Below the pieces are notes generated by a model. That model was not told the origin of the DNA. It worked only from the letters and a program-made list of their open reading frames with translations, and ran no database searches. From contig CP089281.1 of NCBI GenBank assembly GCA_023920165.1, forward strand, positions 248,001 through 312,000: DNA of 64,000 nt, written 5' to 3'. Below, piece by piece: positions 35,380-49,024 of this stretch. Made by a program: the position numbers and the translations under genes. Positions within the stretch are counted from its first letter, which is position 1. Every line of letters begins with the position of its first letter. This DNA is from Curvularia clavata (lineage: Eukaryota).

Positions 35380-38300
35380 CGTGTTGGAGTTTGAGGTATT
35401 GTTGAGTACGGTTTGGTGGTTGAGAAGTTGATCGTGGGTTGGATGTAGAGTGTTGGTTGAGTCTATGATGGTTGACCAGAAACAGAGCTTAGCACTGGTT
35501 TATATACCTGTGAGACGCGAGGGAGCGGTGGGTAAGCGGCGTGATAGCAGCGGCAGAGCAGAGGGAGCGGTGGAAATGCGGCTGGTAGACGGAGAGGTTT
35601 CAGTCGTTCGTTCGGTTGACTTTAACACCAAACGCGACAAAAGCAAACGAACCTCGACTCGTTTTCACCACAGGAGTGGCAATCGGCACCTATTTAAGCA
35701 AAGCCGCGCTATCGCTTCTCCCCGACCCCCCTGACCCCAACGCTTCAGTAATCTAGACCCGCTTCTGCACTTTGCTCCTCCGCATTTTCCCACGCGATGT
35801 TAATCTAAGCGGTCAGCAAGCGTCGTTTGTTCTGGAACTCGAGCGATCAATCAGATGCCGTCGCAGGCGGACTTTTTTATTCTTGTTTGGAGAGCGGGGT
35901 GCGAGACCCGGATAAATGGTTACAGGGGCCTGGCTCCTGGGTCAGCTGGATCGCATGCACGCAATATTGTTGATATTTGGATATTATCATGGAGCAACGG
36001 GATTGGGTGTAGAGACAGAAATGCTGCCTATAAGGTTCCGATATGCACAGGGGTGGGGTAAACCTGCATGGTATGCCGCGAAATATCTGGAAACTCGGGC
36101 GACGCGCAGATCGTTTCCGCTGGATGGAAAATTGGTAACAACGTGGATCTGCGTCGTTTTTTTTTAGTAGCTCGTCGAACCGACCCAAACGCCAGTTTTG
36201 ACACCTCGCAGGTATCCGGTTCCCTGCGTCTTGCATAGCGCGTGCCCGTCTCCCGTCCCACCCCGTATTACTACCGCTGATCCGGCACTAGCCGAACACG
36301 TGGTAGGTCGAGATCTCTGGTTGTTTATTTTCCGAATTACGGCTGGAAGATTAAGTACTTATACGAGCGTGGAATCGCTTGAAAGCGACTGTCACCAGCT
36401 ACTGCAGCCTCAGCACTTCATCACGAATTAAAACTCGCTAGTTCAAAAACGCCTTTTCCGCCCCTAGGTACTGTGACTGAAATGTAGCTTCTCCCTTTAG
36501 CCTTACCATTTCTTCGTGTTAAAACACGCTATGAACAGCTATTTGGGGATGACTAGTCGCTGATACCCTAGTTGTTTCGTAGACCAATACAAATCTCTAG
36601 TCGATTAAAAGCTCTCAGCTAGCTTTGGTAATAGACTTGAATACATGATTGCAAGACCTTGAATGGAGAGTAATGAAGTTCCAAGACTGAACCATGATCT
36701 GTACAGAAAAGGGAAGAAAAGTGACCTACTTTTGTTTGTACATGCTCTCGGAGGAGCTCACGCAGCGTGGAGCAGTTCACTAAGTCTTGCGTGTATGATA
36801 TCTAGGCCTACGAGCCTAGTTGGCTCATGAAAACTCTGGTTATCTCTGTTCACTTCTAGCGACTATCTTGGTGGCTCATGTTACTAGTTCTGCCGCAGTC
36901 CTTGTACTGTGTAGAAGTCAAAGTGCCGTGGTTCTATCCTCGAGACCTTAGTATTTCTATTGCAAGGGTTATTGTATCCATTTATATGTCGTGCTGCCAA
37001 TATTAATAAGTGCTTGAAGACCGGCATGACGGAGGTTTGCCTCGAGATCATCAGTTAATCCACGGCAGGTAACGTGACTTCCGAGGTATCGCTGAAGCGC
37101 AGCCGTATCCACTGTAGTTTGACAGTGAAGGCTTAGGTAGGCCATTAGATCTAGGCCTCAATTGTATTCAGACTTTTATCTAGCAAACAGTACTCCCCAG
37201 TCCGAAATGGTCAGCATCATGGTCGGGAGCTAAGTGGACATGTATTGGACCTAGGTGTTCTGTGAGTGCTTGTGCGTGACTGCAATTATCTTAGAACAAG
37301 TCTTGCAGAAGCTAGGAAAGCGTAAGCAAAAGCGAATTGAAGGAGAGAAATCGATCCCAATTTGCTGACATTGGTGCGATAATCAAAATGTACCACTAGA
37401 GTAGCTACCAGATTGGTCTATCAATCTAATTAGCTGATCTGACTGATCTTTTGGTTATATCTAGCCTGATGAGTTCATCGGGTCATATTACATACAATCG
37501 ATCAGATCAGGTCATCAGAGTACTGACCGGTATTCATACTACGACAAGACTTAAGCTTGTGGAGATAGCGTCCGCCGCTACAACAGGCAACTTCTACCGC
37601 CAATCGGACACGCGCGACAGGGGGCGCAATGATATTCAAGCTGTCGTTCGGCCCATGTAGCGCGTGCACGCTGCTCGATTGCGCGGTACTGACGTGACGG
37701 CGAGTTGGAAAAGTGCATAGGTAGTTGGCCGGGAAAGCCACTGTGGGCTCCAGCCATTATTTTCCCGCCATTACCTGCCTTTGCTTTACAGAGCAGCGAG
37801 CCCTACTGCTGTGCAACCCGGAATCAAGTGTAGACGGTGGCTGAGCTTTCCCACCGCACGCGCCGACTTAGTAGGGCCGGTATTGCGCCGTGTGGTGATG
37901 GGCAACGATTCCATAACATGCGACTTGTTTCTATTTAGCACTTGCGCATCGCTTTTGTGATGCTTGTAAAGGCGCCACGGCAGGCTATGCCCTTGTTCTC
38001 AACGTCCAATGAAATTTGTGTGCCGACTGGCCATAGTGTAGGATTGCAGGTGACGACATCCCATCCAAGACTAGGGACGGCTTGCATCTGCGACGACGAC
38101 TTTTCTCGTCTCATGCTCACTCCTTCGGCTCTAGCCCCTCCTCCGGGTTCATCTATCTCATGCTCAATATCCCATTCGGCACCCCATTTTACATTTTGTT
38201 TGGCACTGTATTCGATAGCATTCTTGGCTACTGCAGCTATGGGCTGTGATGTACCTTAGTATACAGACGTCAGTTGCGGCGCTTGCGGCAGGCGTTCCGC

Positions 38301-38954
38301 GATGCAAACTGGGCTAATGAGATTAAATAGAGCTTTGGCTGATTGGTCTCCACCTACGGACACGTTTAACACACAGACATGCAGCTGACCAAAGCGTGCA
38401 TGTGCTTACTCTTACCGCCTCCTCGCGTAATTGATAGCCTCCGCATCTTTTGCCTTGACGCAAGGGTGGTCCAACATTTTTGAACAACCACACAAGGCTG
38501 TGTGGGTTATCAGAGACACGCGAGAGCTCAGCTAACGCTCTTGGGCCAAGCTGCAGGGATTCGCATGGTCAGAGTCCGCAGATCGTGTCCGGTGCCTGGC
38601 GTGTGGTGCGGCGCGCCTAGCACCTGTGCGACCCCATCCGGCAGCACACTGCATCAGCTCAACATGCTGCTTCGTTGCCCTCGAATCGCTGGTCCTTCTG
38701 GGAGAGCATAGCCTTGTGTTTTGTCCAAGCCGAGCCACAGTAGATACTGGGCAACATGTTTTCCCCTTGTCAAGTAGGTGCCATGTCAATAGGCGGCCGT
38801 ATCTATAAGTATCCAGATAGCCTCCTCACAATTCACTTCACCACAATCATCAGCTAATTCCAGAGTCCGGAATAGATCCACCGTTACAAGCAAACGCAAA
38901 TCTGTGCCCAGCCGTTACTTGCTCCTTCCATCTTGTTGTTCAATCTGCCAGCCC

Positions 38955-39910
38955 ATGGACTCTTTCCTTTCGCCTTCTCCGCCTCATGATCTCCAAGAAG
39001 GTCGCGAGCCTGGAATGCCAAGCGATTCCAATAGTGAAACTAGTCTGTTTTACCAGTTCGCTATCTTCGGAAAGACGCTAACGATATGGTTCAGCTGTTG
39101 GAAACCCCAGCGCCGACCAACTCAGTCTAGGAGACAGGCTTGTTCAACAATCCCGTGACATGACCGGGCGCCGTACGTCTCAGTCGCCGCTTGAATCTCT
39201 TGTCTATGATTGACTTTTCTCTAGCAGACCAGGTAGGCGAGTTCAACAATCCAGTGGGCACCGAAACCCGTGAAGCTCAAAGGGAATATGGACCACACCC
39301 TATGGCTTTGAGCACTGCGCAGTGGTCATTATCACACCAATATGCACGGTCTGACCATGCCACATATTTGAATTCTACTACAAATATGTCCGAATGGGCA
39401 ACGAAGCCTTGTATGACCAAGTTAGTATCCCTACCGTTGTTGAAAGTGTCCCTACTTACAATCCAACAAAGCCAATCTTCTGGGTCGGATCCCACATCGA
39501 CTACCTTCTCCAATGATGGCCAGACAGCGACTCAAAACTCCACACTTCATGAGATCCGCGCAAATCCCGCTCGAGTACAGCCACGAGGCACACTGCCCAG
39601 AAATCAGGAACAGCGTCAATCGACATCCACTGAGGTCGGAAGGGTCACCTCTGGACCAAATGGCCGCACAATCGGAGTCGTCTTTGAGAATCGTAAATTT
39701 GCATGCGTTATGGACGCATGCAATGGTACAACATTCTCCCGTCGCGCTGAATTAGAGCGTCACTATCGAGAACGTCATGATCCAAACCGGCAAGACCTCT
39801 GGTGCCACATTCCCACTTGCGAAAGCTACAGACTCAATGGAGGCAAAGCTTTCACTAGACCAGATAAGTTTAGAAAGCATATGAGGGACAAGCACAATTG
39901 CTACTTGTAA
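38955..39910 (+). CDS. C2H2 zinc-finger protein (5' exon structure uncertain)
   Basis: Two C-terminal fingers: FACVMDAC..TFSRRAELERHYRERH and WCHIPTC...FTRPDKFRKHMRDKH. TATAA at about 38804. Confidence 0.75.
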
Positions 39911-40130
39911 TGACAAACTACGATGCTTCTAGTCCTCTTTCCCGAGAGTCTGCTTTCCGCGATTTCTTTGGTACTTAGCACTTTGTAATCTATTTCAGCT
40001 ACTTATCCATTAAATTTCCATTGAAAATGTTTTTTGTTCATCAGACAGCGAAAGTAAGACTTGAAGGTTAACATCATAACGTACCACCCCACACAAAAAA
40101 CACAGCAACCACCAAACATCACTACATCAG

Positions 40131-43100
40131 CTAATCATCCAGTCCAATATTCTTCAAACCCCCCTGCCTTGTCCAAAACGTGTCCCAAGCCTTTGGCCAC
40201 CTCTCTTCCTTCAAGCCCTTGAGCCAGTCCTTGACCGCAAATTCTTCCTCGCCCTCAATCCGAATCATACCATTCTTAATGCCCTTCCAGCCCTTCATTG
40301 GAACCTTGATATAGCGATGATCTGGACCGCAGAAACTAAGCCACGGCTCTTCAATCTCCCCGCGTGTCTGCGCTAGACGTTTGCCATGGCATTCTTCACA
40401 TAGGTCGCAGTTGACGCAGACCAAGCAGTAATACATTGTCTTAGCCCATCTGGTCATGCCCGTGCCACACCCATCGCACCAGATTCCAGTTCCAGTAACG
40501 TCTTCATCAAGCTCTTCGAATTCTTCTGCAGTAGATTCGGATTGCTTTTCAGTAGATTCTGGTTGTGCTTCAGTAGACTCTGGTTGTGCTTCAGTAGACT
40601 CTGGTTGTGCTTCAGAAGATTCTGGTACTACCGCAGTGGGTGTTGGCTGTGCTTCTGTAGTTTTTGACTCTTCTACAGTGGACTCCGGAACTGCTGCCGT
40701 GGAATCTGAAATTTCGGCGACTTCCGCAGAGTCTCGTCTTTGGCCAGCTGCCTTGTCGGGCAAGGTAGCGTCCCCGGCCTCCAACTCGCCATCTGCCAAT
40801 GGAGCTTTCTCAGCTTCGGCATTCTCTTTGGTGGTTTCTGTCGCATCTGCAGTCTTTTGCGTCGCATCAGCTTCGGTGCTGTCTTTCTCGGACGCACTTT
40901 CTGAGCCTTCCGTCTCACTGTTTTGATAATATATGCTGCGATCCAGGATGGAAAACTGTGCAGAGCATGCGATCTTGGCATCTCTTTCCAGACCATCCAA
41001 TGAGCCTAAGACTTTGGACAGCAGTCGTAGGCTTGAAGAGTCGTTCCACGACACGCTATCCTCGAGCCCAGCGATACAAGCATTGAATAGTTCATTCATA
41101 TGCTTCTGGAAATCCTTTGCAGGCCCCATAATCCGGAGCATATTTGCTAGAAGCATGCTCACATGGGATTCCTGAAAGTCGTCATCGCGATGGGCGTTTG
41201 GTAGAACCCTCAAGGTTTCGACAATCTCCTCTTTCTTCGTTGGGTCTGCAGAGTCCTGGAACTCATTAAAGAGTATTTCCGCAAGCTTCATTCGTTGCTG
41301 TGTCTTTTTCTCCTGCATTGTCTCTTCATCCCACCAGTCGGGCTTTGGGTTCATGGCCAGAATTTCCTGGCGAAGGGCTTTTCCCTTTTGAACATCGCCC
41401 ATCACCGGGTAGTAAAGATTTGCAATCGCTGACCGAATGTTGAACAAGAAGTAGCTGTCCTCGGGAAGAGTTTTGGCCAGAGCATATAGCCATTCCAGTA
41501 GGAGTGCAGTCTCCCCGGCCCGTTTCGCCGCTCTTTGCATGCGAGACTCTGCGTTTGAATCAACCCAGCCCCTGAAACAATATGTAAACCAACTGTTTCG
41601 CTCTTTTTCGGTCCAGGACTTGAGCTCACTCATGAGCTTGGTTCCATCGGGATCATTCTTCTCTTTAAACAAGAGGGTAATGTCATCGAGATTGGTACCC
41701 TGCAGTGGTTGGTCACCGGAGAACTTCCTAGCCTCATTCCAGATTCTCAAGGCTTCCTCGGGTTGCTCTATTTCTATGCAGGACCCGGCTTTAGCGGCTA
41801 ACAGTTCCAGTCGAATTTCGCTAAACTCCTTCTTTTTCTCTTTACTCAGATCCTCTGACTCTGGATCTGGCAGCATAGCGTATGCTTGGTCATGATACTT
41901 GATGGCCTCGTCATGTTCATTAATCCAAGCATACCATGGTGCAATAAGACGAAGTGTTTCAATCTTCTCTTGAGTATCGCCGTCCATTCGTTCCACAGCC
42001 TGCTTTAGGTACGAGACGCCTTCGGTGATGGTTGTCTTCCGGCGTTCTTCTTCATCGAAGTGAGCACCGTACCTACAGAGCGTGGATCCGACTGCTCTCA
42101 GAGTCTTGAAGTCTTCGAGGGGAATGTCGAATTGTGTAGTGACTTGATAAATGACCTTGAGTGGCTCCTCCTCATTCTCCTCCAACCGATTCGCCTGCAT
42201 CTGATTAGTAACTTATCATCGTGAGGCATGAAGTGCTTACTAAGCTAAGGATAAGTTTGATGTATAGAAAAATCTCGAATATCCACCATTCACGTGTAGC
42301 GTTCAGCCAGTTTTGAACGTGGCCCTTTGCCAGGGGAATTAGAACATTCTCCTTGTTGACGGCAAGTGCCCATTCCTTGACCTCGCTGTTCAGTTTTTCA
42401 TCTGCGACGGACGCTGACTTCTTTGCCCAAAGCAGAAGAGCGTCGTACCAGACAGGAGAACTATCGTCTGTTCGTTCGGGGTAAATATCTGTATGCCTTG
42501 CACGGAGTTCGAACAATCTTGCGATGTTGCTTGTGTTCTGTGTGATAGTGTGCAACAAAGTCGCCACTTGCTGAACTGTTTCTTCTGTCGCTTGCTCCAC
42601 GTCCAGCTCTTTAAGGTGTTCGTACCAATACTGGGTTGCGTAAAAGGAGAGCCCATAGGTTGCTTGGTCCTGGTCTTCAGGATTTTCGGCAGCTTTGATC
42701 ATGATTTCTACGCACATTTGGAGAATCGTCAAGTGCGCAGCTGCAGCTGGCGTTCGGAACTCGGTAGCGCCATCAGCCTCGACACTGACACTCTTGAAAT
42801 ACTGCCTCAGGGAGCGGTCTTGAAATGAAAGAGGAGAATCGCGATACTCGAGTTCAGGGACAGTGTCGTCCTTGGTTTCATCGTTTTCATCGTCATCTTT
42901 GTCATCTTCCTTGACGTCCTCCTCGGTCTGTCGGTTCTGCCCGAGTTCAAGTATGCGTGATGAACGGCCAATTATCTCTTCTTCAATGTCGAAAGACTCA
43001 TCAGAAAGCGTCAGTTGTACTAGGTTTGAGGCTTCGGCTAAGCTCAGCGATCGTTTGGAAAAGGCTAGCCATGCGAAAAGTTTCTTCAATGCTTGATATT

Positions 43101-45145
43101 GCGCATCTGAACGATTCCGACGGCATTCCTCAAGAAGAAGCTTATAAAGGTCGTGTAGAGAATTTGGCAACTTCTCCAACTCTTCCAATACGGCTCGCTC
43201 TCGGCCAATGTAGGAAAACCTCCGCAGCACGTGCTCCACGTAAAGCATACTGTCTGCTTGCTTAACGACCTTTCGGGCAATGGCTCTCTTGACAGCGTGG
43301 CTGAATTTCCGAACCCGTGGCAGGTTATGAAGACGATTCTTTACGAGTGCCTTGATGTCAGGCTTCATTACCTCCTTCGTAACCTCGATGACTGGAGGAT
43401 CGAAAAGTTGCAGAATGGGCTTCTCTTCTGGCCTGCTCGTTACAAGTACTGAGATGTTGGCATCATCAAGCTTCAGATCAGATAGAAACTGTGTCATGAT
43501 GCCACCTTGTTGAATATTTGCCTCATCTAATCCATCGAACACAAGGAATAGGCGACCAGCGGACTTTTCCTTACTTGGAAACATGGAAAAGAATACCCTT
43601 TCCCAAGTGGACACCTCGGATGACTTCCCAGAGTCTTCTCTTATGTTTGCTGCCACCTGCTCGGCGTACTTGTTGTTTGATTCGGCAATCTGGAGTGCAG
43701 CAGACGCGAACGCATTTTGTACCGACTGCAGGTATGGATGTTCTTCTTTGAAGTAGAAGTACGCAAAGCAATTGTGCTCATCCTGGACTGCGCGCAGCTC
43801 TTGAACCGCTGAGTAGGCTAGGAATGACTTGCCCATACCCTCATCACCTTTTAGCCATAACAGGCGATTTTCTCCTTCTTTCCAGGATTTGAAGTGGGAG
43901 TGCTCACTGAGCCACTTGGCCGTGTGCTCGACTCGAGAATCGCGCATATCTTCATGCTGTGCCAGGTTCTCCCGGTGCGCGTCAGTCCAGGAAGGGAATG
44001 TTTTCTCGTTTTCGGTGAAGAACTTCTTGATCTCTCGCAAGGCTTGAAACTTGCGATCACCACCATCGCCTTTTGTTTTCGCACTTTGCTTCTTCTTCTC
44101 CTTCTCCTCTTTCTCAGATGTTTTTCCGAATTTCTCCACCATCGACTTTTGGAGCTCGAGGAGTATAGCGTGGCTCTCATTCTGCTTGGCTTGAACTGCG
44201 ACGAATCCTTCGCTAACCACTGCTTCCAGTTTCAAGCTGCTCATGTATAACTGCTGCACGTCTTGGCCAAGGTTTTGGCGAAACTGTTGCAGCTTTTCAT
44301 CCAGTTCGTCGAGTTTAGCAGCGTTGGCGGATGTGTCTTCTTGTACTGCATTGAGCATATCGTTTCCCTCCTTTACCTCATCCTGGACAGTTCTGATGGA
44401 GCTATAAGTCTCATAACCAACAGTTTGGTTGAGCTCCTCTATCGAGGCTTGCATGGCGGCGAATGCAGCCAAGAGCTCTTGGTCTTCCATATTCCAAAGC
44501 GCATTGAGCCATTGTGCTATAGATAATCAGCATGTTCTGCTACAAGGATTGCGATTCTTACAAAACCGTTTCTTTTTGATGAGGTATCTCACCCTGCCAC
44601 ATACTGAGAGCTGCATAGAAAATACCCGAACAATGGCAATAGCGAGTGGTCCAGACTCTGCCCGTTGCTCGAGAATGGCAAGTCGCCCAAAGAACCGAGC
44701 CGAGTACTCAAAGAACGATTCAACACGGTCGTAATCGGCCTTCACACCAGCGAAAGCCTGCTGACATTGAGTGACGATATCTTCGAAAGCCAGTTTCACT
44801 TACAGATATCAAACGACTCGCGGCCGTGAATACAAGCCCCACCGGCATTGCTGGTGGAAACGCACCTGCGGCAGATCCAATCGCAGCAATACCGTCTATG
44901 CATTTTTGCATATCCCCGAGAGAATTACCCATAGCTGACCGGAACTTAGACATCTTGCTCCCATCGTCGCGAAACCCCTTGAACCTTTTCATGCCCTCGT
45001 CGAGGCTTTGCATTGCGCCGTCTATACTCTGTGCGCCCATGGATGAAAGATCTTCACCGGTTCGTGCATTGTAGTCGCTTATGGCTTGCGTCCATAGTCG
45101 ACCAAGATCAGTGGCCGAGCTCTGTTTCGCAGTCATGGTCTCCAT
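40131..45145 (-). CDS. Fungal NLR-like STAND protein: Goodbye-like N-terminus, NACHT, helical/TPR-like repeats, C-terminal ZZ zinc finger (4 exons)
   Basis: N-terminal LW..AI.DY..RTG..L...F..FR pattern, Walker A GDEGMGKS, Walker B LVFDGLDE, C-terminal WCDGC..YYCLVCVNCDLCEECH. Introns 44803-44758, about 44561-44517 and about 42240-42201 join the ORFs. Confidence 0.88.
40528..40626. repeat. 21-bp coding minisatellite (about 4.5 copies, EAQPEST)
   Basis: Unit TCAGTAGAYTCTGGTTGTGCT is tandemly repeated just upstream of the ZZ-finger coding region. Confidence 0.9.
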
Positions 45146-47551
45146 ATTACTACAGGGGATATAGAAGTAGGGCAAATAACGATGGAGACCAGAACCTAGT
45201 GGAAGCAGTGTGTGTTTGTATGCGTGCTTACACTACGACATATGGTAGCAATTGAAAAGAGATGCTCAATTCCAGTTCGCAAATCGGAAGCGTGGTGATT
45301 ATAAGGACTTCACTAGACACATTTCAGCCTTACGGCTGACTGATTTGTAGCCTGACCGGAGATGCGCCGCGCATGCCATTCGAACGATCGGTTGCTATAG
45401 GAGGCCTAGAGCGTAAGATTCTCTATTCTTGTAATTGGGGGCTGAAAGGTGTTCTCTTCATTGGTGGGGCAAGTCATGCGCTCGATATTTCGGACTATCT
45501 GCCGTTTCAGTAGCTTGGGGGCCGTAATGAAGCCTTTTAATTGGCTAATCGATGCATACACGCCAGAGATGTACATTTGCGTTAAGAACAAAAGGTCTAA
45601 TTGTTTGATATACAAGCGACCACCGTCCACTGATGCGCAGTATGCGACTTATTCAAAAATTATTATCTGAACAATATAACTTTCCCATCGACTGTCAGCT
45701 CGGGACTAAAAGTTCAGTACGACGATTGTAGCAAGAGCAAAAGCAGATTCAACGATACGAACATCCCTGATGAAGCGAAGCTTGAGTAACCGGACGCAGG
45801 GGCTGGTATTAGCTTGCTCATAGTAATGTATTCAGACAGCTTCAGCTTCCGCCTGACGCATGTTGCTCCCCTTATCCCTAGCTACTTCGCTTAGGCAACG
45901 CGCGCTTTACTTATCATAGCCATTCTGGCGGCCGCAAGCGTGATCCCAGGCCTCCCGTCCGTTGAAAACAAGGCCGCCACCGATGACTTACTATGGCTGC
46001 ACGGTTGAGCTTGGGTATATGCAGCCAATCTAGGTGGCTGGCAACGTGCCTGGGAGTTGGCTTGGCTCCCCACCACTAGGTACCGATATTGTTCAATATT
46101 GTCTACAAAGCTTACGGCTCTGTATCTTTATTTGTCTTACGGCATGCTACATAATCTCCTTGGCATGGCTCACCTGCATGGCTCATTTGCATGGCTAGAA
46201 AGTAGAAGGCAGATGGCTTGAATCTGCGATTGTCTAGCCTCTGTGTTACATTGTTATGCAGCGCATGCTGTGTATATCTAGTAAAAGTAAAGAGCCCGCG
46301 CTCGAGACTGAAGGCGTTCGTAGGCCAACTGCCCCGCTACTGTCGAGCGCAAGCAAGCAGAGCTCGCTGCTGATCATCATTAACGGAAAACGTTGATTAA
46401 AGTTCAGCACAGGGAGAGTAAGTCATGGACAAATGTGTTCTTTGGGCTGCACTATGGTGGAAATCTTGAGAGAACAGACTGAAACTAGATTTCGGCCCCC
46501 ATCATTCACACCATCTTGCTTGTTCTTTGGCTGGTCCTTGGGCTTACTGACTAGAATGACCAAGCCACCAACCATTTTCAACAAAGCACGCATGACGAAG
46601 GAGCGTATCGTATTTCGGCTGAGCGGAGCAATATGGGAGGGGGTTTAATGGAATACTTTGTGGAGATTCGCACAGCTGGGATTTGCATGTAACTTGCTAC
46701 CTGTGTTACCCATCATAGCGATTCGGCTTAGTTGGTTGTAATTGCAGCTTTCACTGCATTTGAAAATCACTCCTGCATTCAGCTGTGCAGGCTAATACAC
46801 GATCTAATTAGCTCTATGAACCTCTACTCTCGGCCATCTTATTAATGCCAGGATATGAGGGATCTCTTTTTATGGTTATCTCTGGATCTTGTGAAAGCAA
46901 AAATGCAAAAGTTAGTATGATTTGCCACTAGGCTGCTATTGAAGGGGCTAGCTGGAGTAGCCAGGGTAGTTTGAGCTCAAGGTGCATTTGTCTTCAGTGT
47001 CACTTGCCAGGCTTCAAGCTCCAATCAGTTCGAGCTACTAGAAAATTCGGGCGCAGAAGTAAGAAAACTACCCAACTTCATAGGCTCAGCTTTTGACGAG
47101 TTTCAATTGCCCAAGTCAGTGACAGGTTTCGGCAAGACGTGGATCCGGATCGTAGCTCAAGTCCGTCTCACATTCTTTAGCTCTAAGTTTTGGACGGACC
47201 TAGGCACGTCATGAGTGTGCTTTATTCTCGGGAAAAAATACTAGAATACGGAGTTTGGACTAGCTACAAGCTCAACTTGTTTCATCAAATGTAAGAGTGC
47301 AGGAAATATACGAGAAAAGCTAGAGAAGTTTCGGAAAATCGTGCAACAAACGAGCTAGAGACCAGTATAGAGCAGATCCTAAGTCCAAAATTGTACTTTG
47401 ATGTCTCTAAACTCGTGAAGACACAATAGATTCTATAAATACATAGCTAAGCCAAGGTGCGGAAATCAAAGTTTGCGAAGGAAGGAATATGCAAACAGGG
47501 AAACACAATGAGACATAAACCTTCCAAACAATTTGTCTGAGAGCTATATAA

Positions 47552-49024
47552 TTAGGCTCGACCATTAACACACCAATGAGTCGAATAAACCAAAGCTTCT
47601 CCGGAAGAACTTTCAACGCGAAAAGTCATCGTCACGCAGTCTTTACTGCCCCTCAGTTTCCCTACCAATGCTACAGCAGCTCCATCAAGAATCTCAGCGG
47701 CTGCCGGGTCCATTAAATCGTTCTCGTCAGTCGCATCAAGAGTTCTAGGGGTGATGTATGTCGCTCCATCGCGGAAATACCGCTTTTCTGAGGTCTTTTC
47801 CTCCTTACGGCCAGTCGCAGATCTCTTGATGTGCGATTCGATTTCGCTCTCTGAGGGCTCCGATAAGACCCAGTCCCAGTGCGTCCACCTAGCCTCATGA
47901 TCATGAGCTTCGATCTCTTTGGTGGGTAGCCTGCCATAATGGATAAGGTACTTCCAGAGTGACGTTATGTTTCTATCTGATTGATAAGGGCCGCGCCGAT
48001 TGATCCATTCAACCCATCTTGCGACGATTGACTTTGCTCTTTCCACTGTGACTTCAAAATATTCTCCGTGGGATTGCCGGCATGAGGAGCAATGCCAAGG
48101 TTTGCGCAAGTGCTGCAGATCGGAAAGGATTAACTTCTCAGCCCGCTTCACCCATGTGACGCGTTGCGAGATATGTATTGTCTCCAAATTTCGACCACAC
48201 TTTTCATGTTGGTTAGCACGCTTCTTCGGATCTTTGGCTCGGCCAATCTTCAAAAACCCGGTCTCGGGGTCATGGAGAATGTAGACAAAGCCCTCCTCGT
48301 CCGATGGCAAAATCTCCTTTGTGGCAATGTCAGACAAATACCAAGTCACTAGCTGTGTAGTATTGCTGTTGTTGGCCCGCATAATTTCTTTCTGATTGTC
48401 ATTCGTCTCAGAATCTTTTCCTCTCATGTTATCATATCGAAAACTCCTATCAAGCAACTTATTTGCGCCGCTTGCTCGTGGAGGGCTAGTGCTGAGCTGC
48501 CTGATCCGGTCAGAGAGCTCTTTTTGGTCGTTGCTTGGATCATTCTCCTTGTCATGTATTGCTTTACATTTTGAACAACCATCTTGATGATTCCTCAGGT
48601 TCCCTGGTTTGACGTAACTCATCCCACAAAGGGCCCGAAGTTTCTGAGTGCCGGTTCTTGGGCTGCTCTCGTACTTCCTTGTCGAAGTTTGCTCGCTATG
48701 TTCTGGGCTTGCGGTGCTGGAGGGTATTGAAAAGTTGGGTTGCTTCAAACACGCTGACAAACCGACACCGGTTCTTGCTTTCAAAGCCGTTGGAGGGGTT
48801 TCGGGGCCTGATCGAGAGCGAGGAGTGGTTTTGTCATCCTTCTCATCATCCGAATCAATAATGAATGGGGTTTCAAGCGAAGAACCTTTCTCCTTGTATG
48901 GTTCTGTTCCGAGTGTGCTTGAGTGTATAGGGTCATTGGTGAGACGAGCGTTTGCGCTTTTTCTTCGATTTTTTTCAAGACTATCCTTGGGCACAGGGGG
49001 GCCAAGAGAAACGCGATGAACCAT
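47552..49024 (-). CDS. T5orf172/MUG113-like GIY-YIG-family domain protein A
   Basis: EEGFVYI...LKIGRA.DP..R....KCG...AEKLI..L...C..C..H.EYF. Likely start is MVHRVS at 49024; the ORF-track extension upstream is probably non-coding. Confidence 0.85.
   Translation of the reverse strand: MVHRVSLGPPVPKDSLEKNRRKSANARLTNDPIHSSTLGTEPYKEKGSSLETPFIIDSDDEKDDKTTPRSRSGPETPPTALKARTGVGLSACLKQPNFSIPSSTASPEHSEQTSTRKYESSPRTGTQKLRALCGMSYVKPGNLRNHQDGCSKCKAIHDKENDPSNDQKELSDRIRQLSTSPPRASGANKLLDRSFRYDNMRGKDSETNDNQKEIMRANNSNTTQLVTWYLSDIATKEILPSDEEGFVYILHDPETGFLKIGRAKDPKKRANQHEKCGRNLETIHISQRVTWVKRAEKLILSDLQHLRKPWHCSSCRQSHGEYFEVTVERAKSIVARWVEWINRRGPYQSDRNITSLWKYLIHYGRLPTKEIEAHDHEARWTHWDWVLSEPSESEIESHIKRSATGRKEEKTSEKRYFRDGATYITPRTLDATDENDLMDPAAAEILDGAAVALVGKLRGSKDCVTMTFRVESSSGEALVYSTHWCVNGRA

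Noticed and set aside
40528..40626. CRISPR-like array
   Set aside because: These are contiguous 21-bp units without spacers inside a eukaryotic CDS, i.e. a coding minisatellite.
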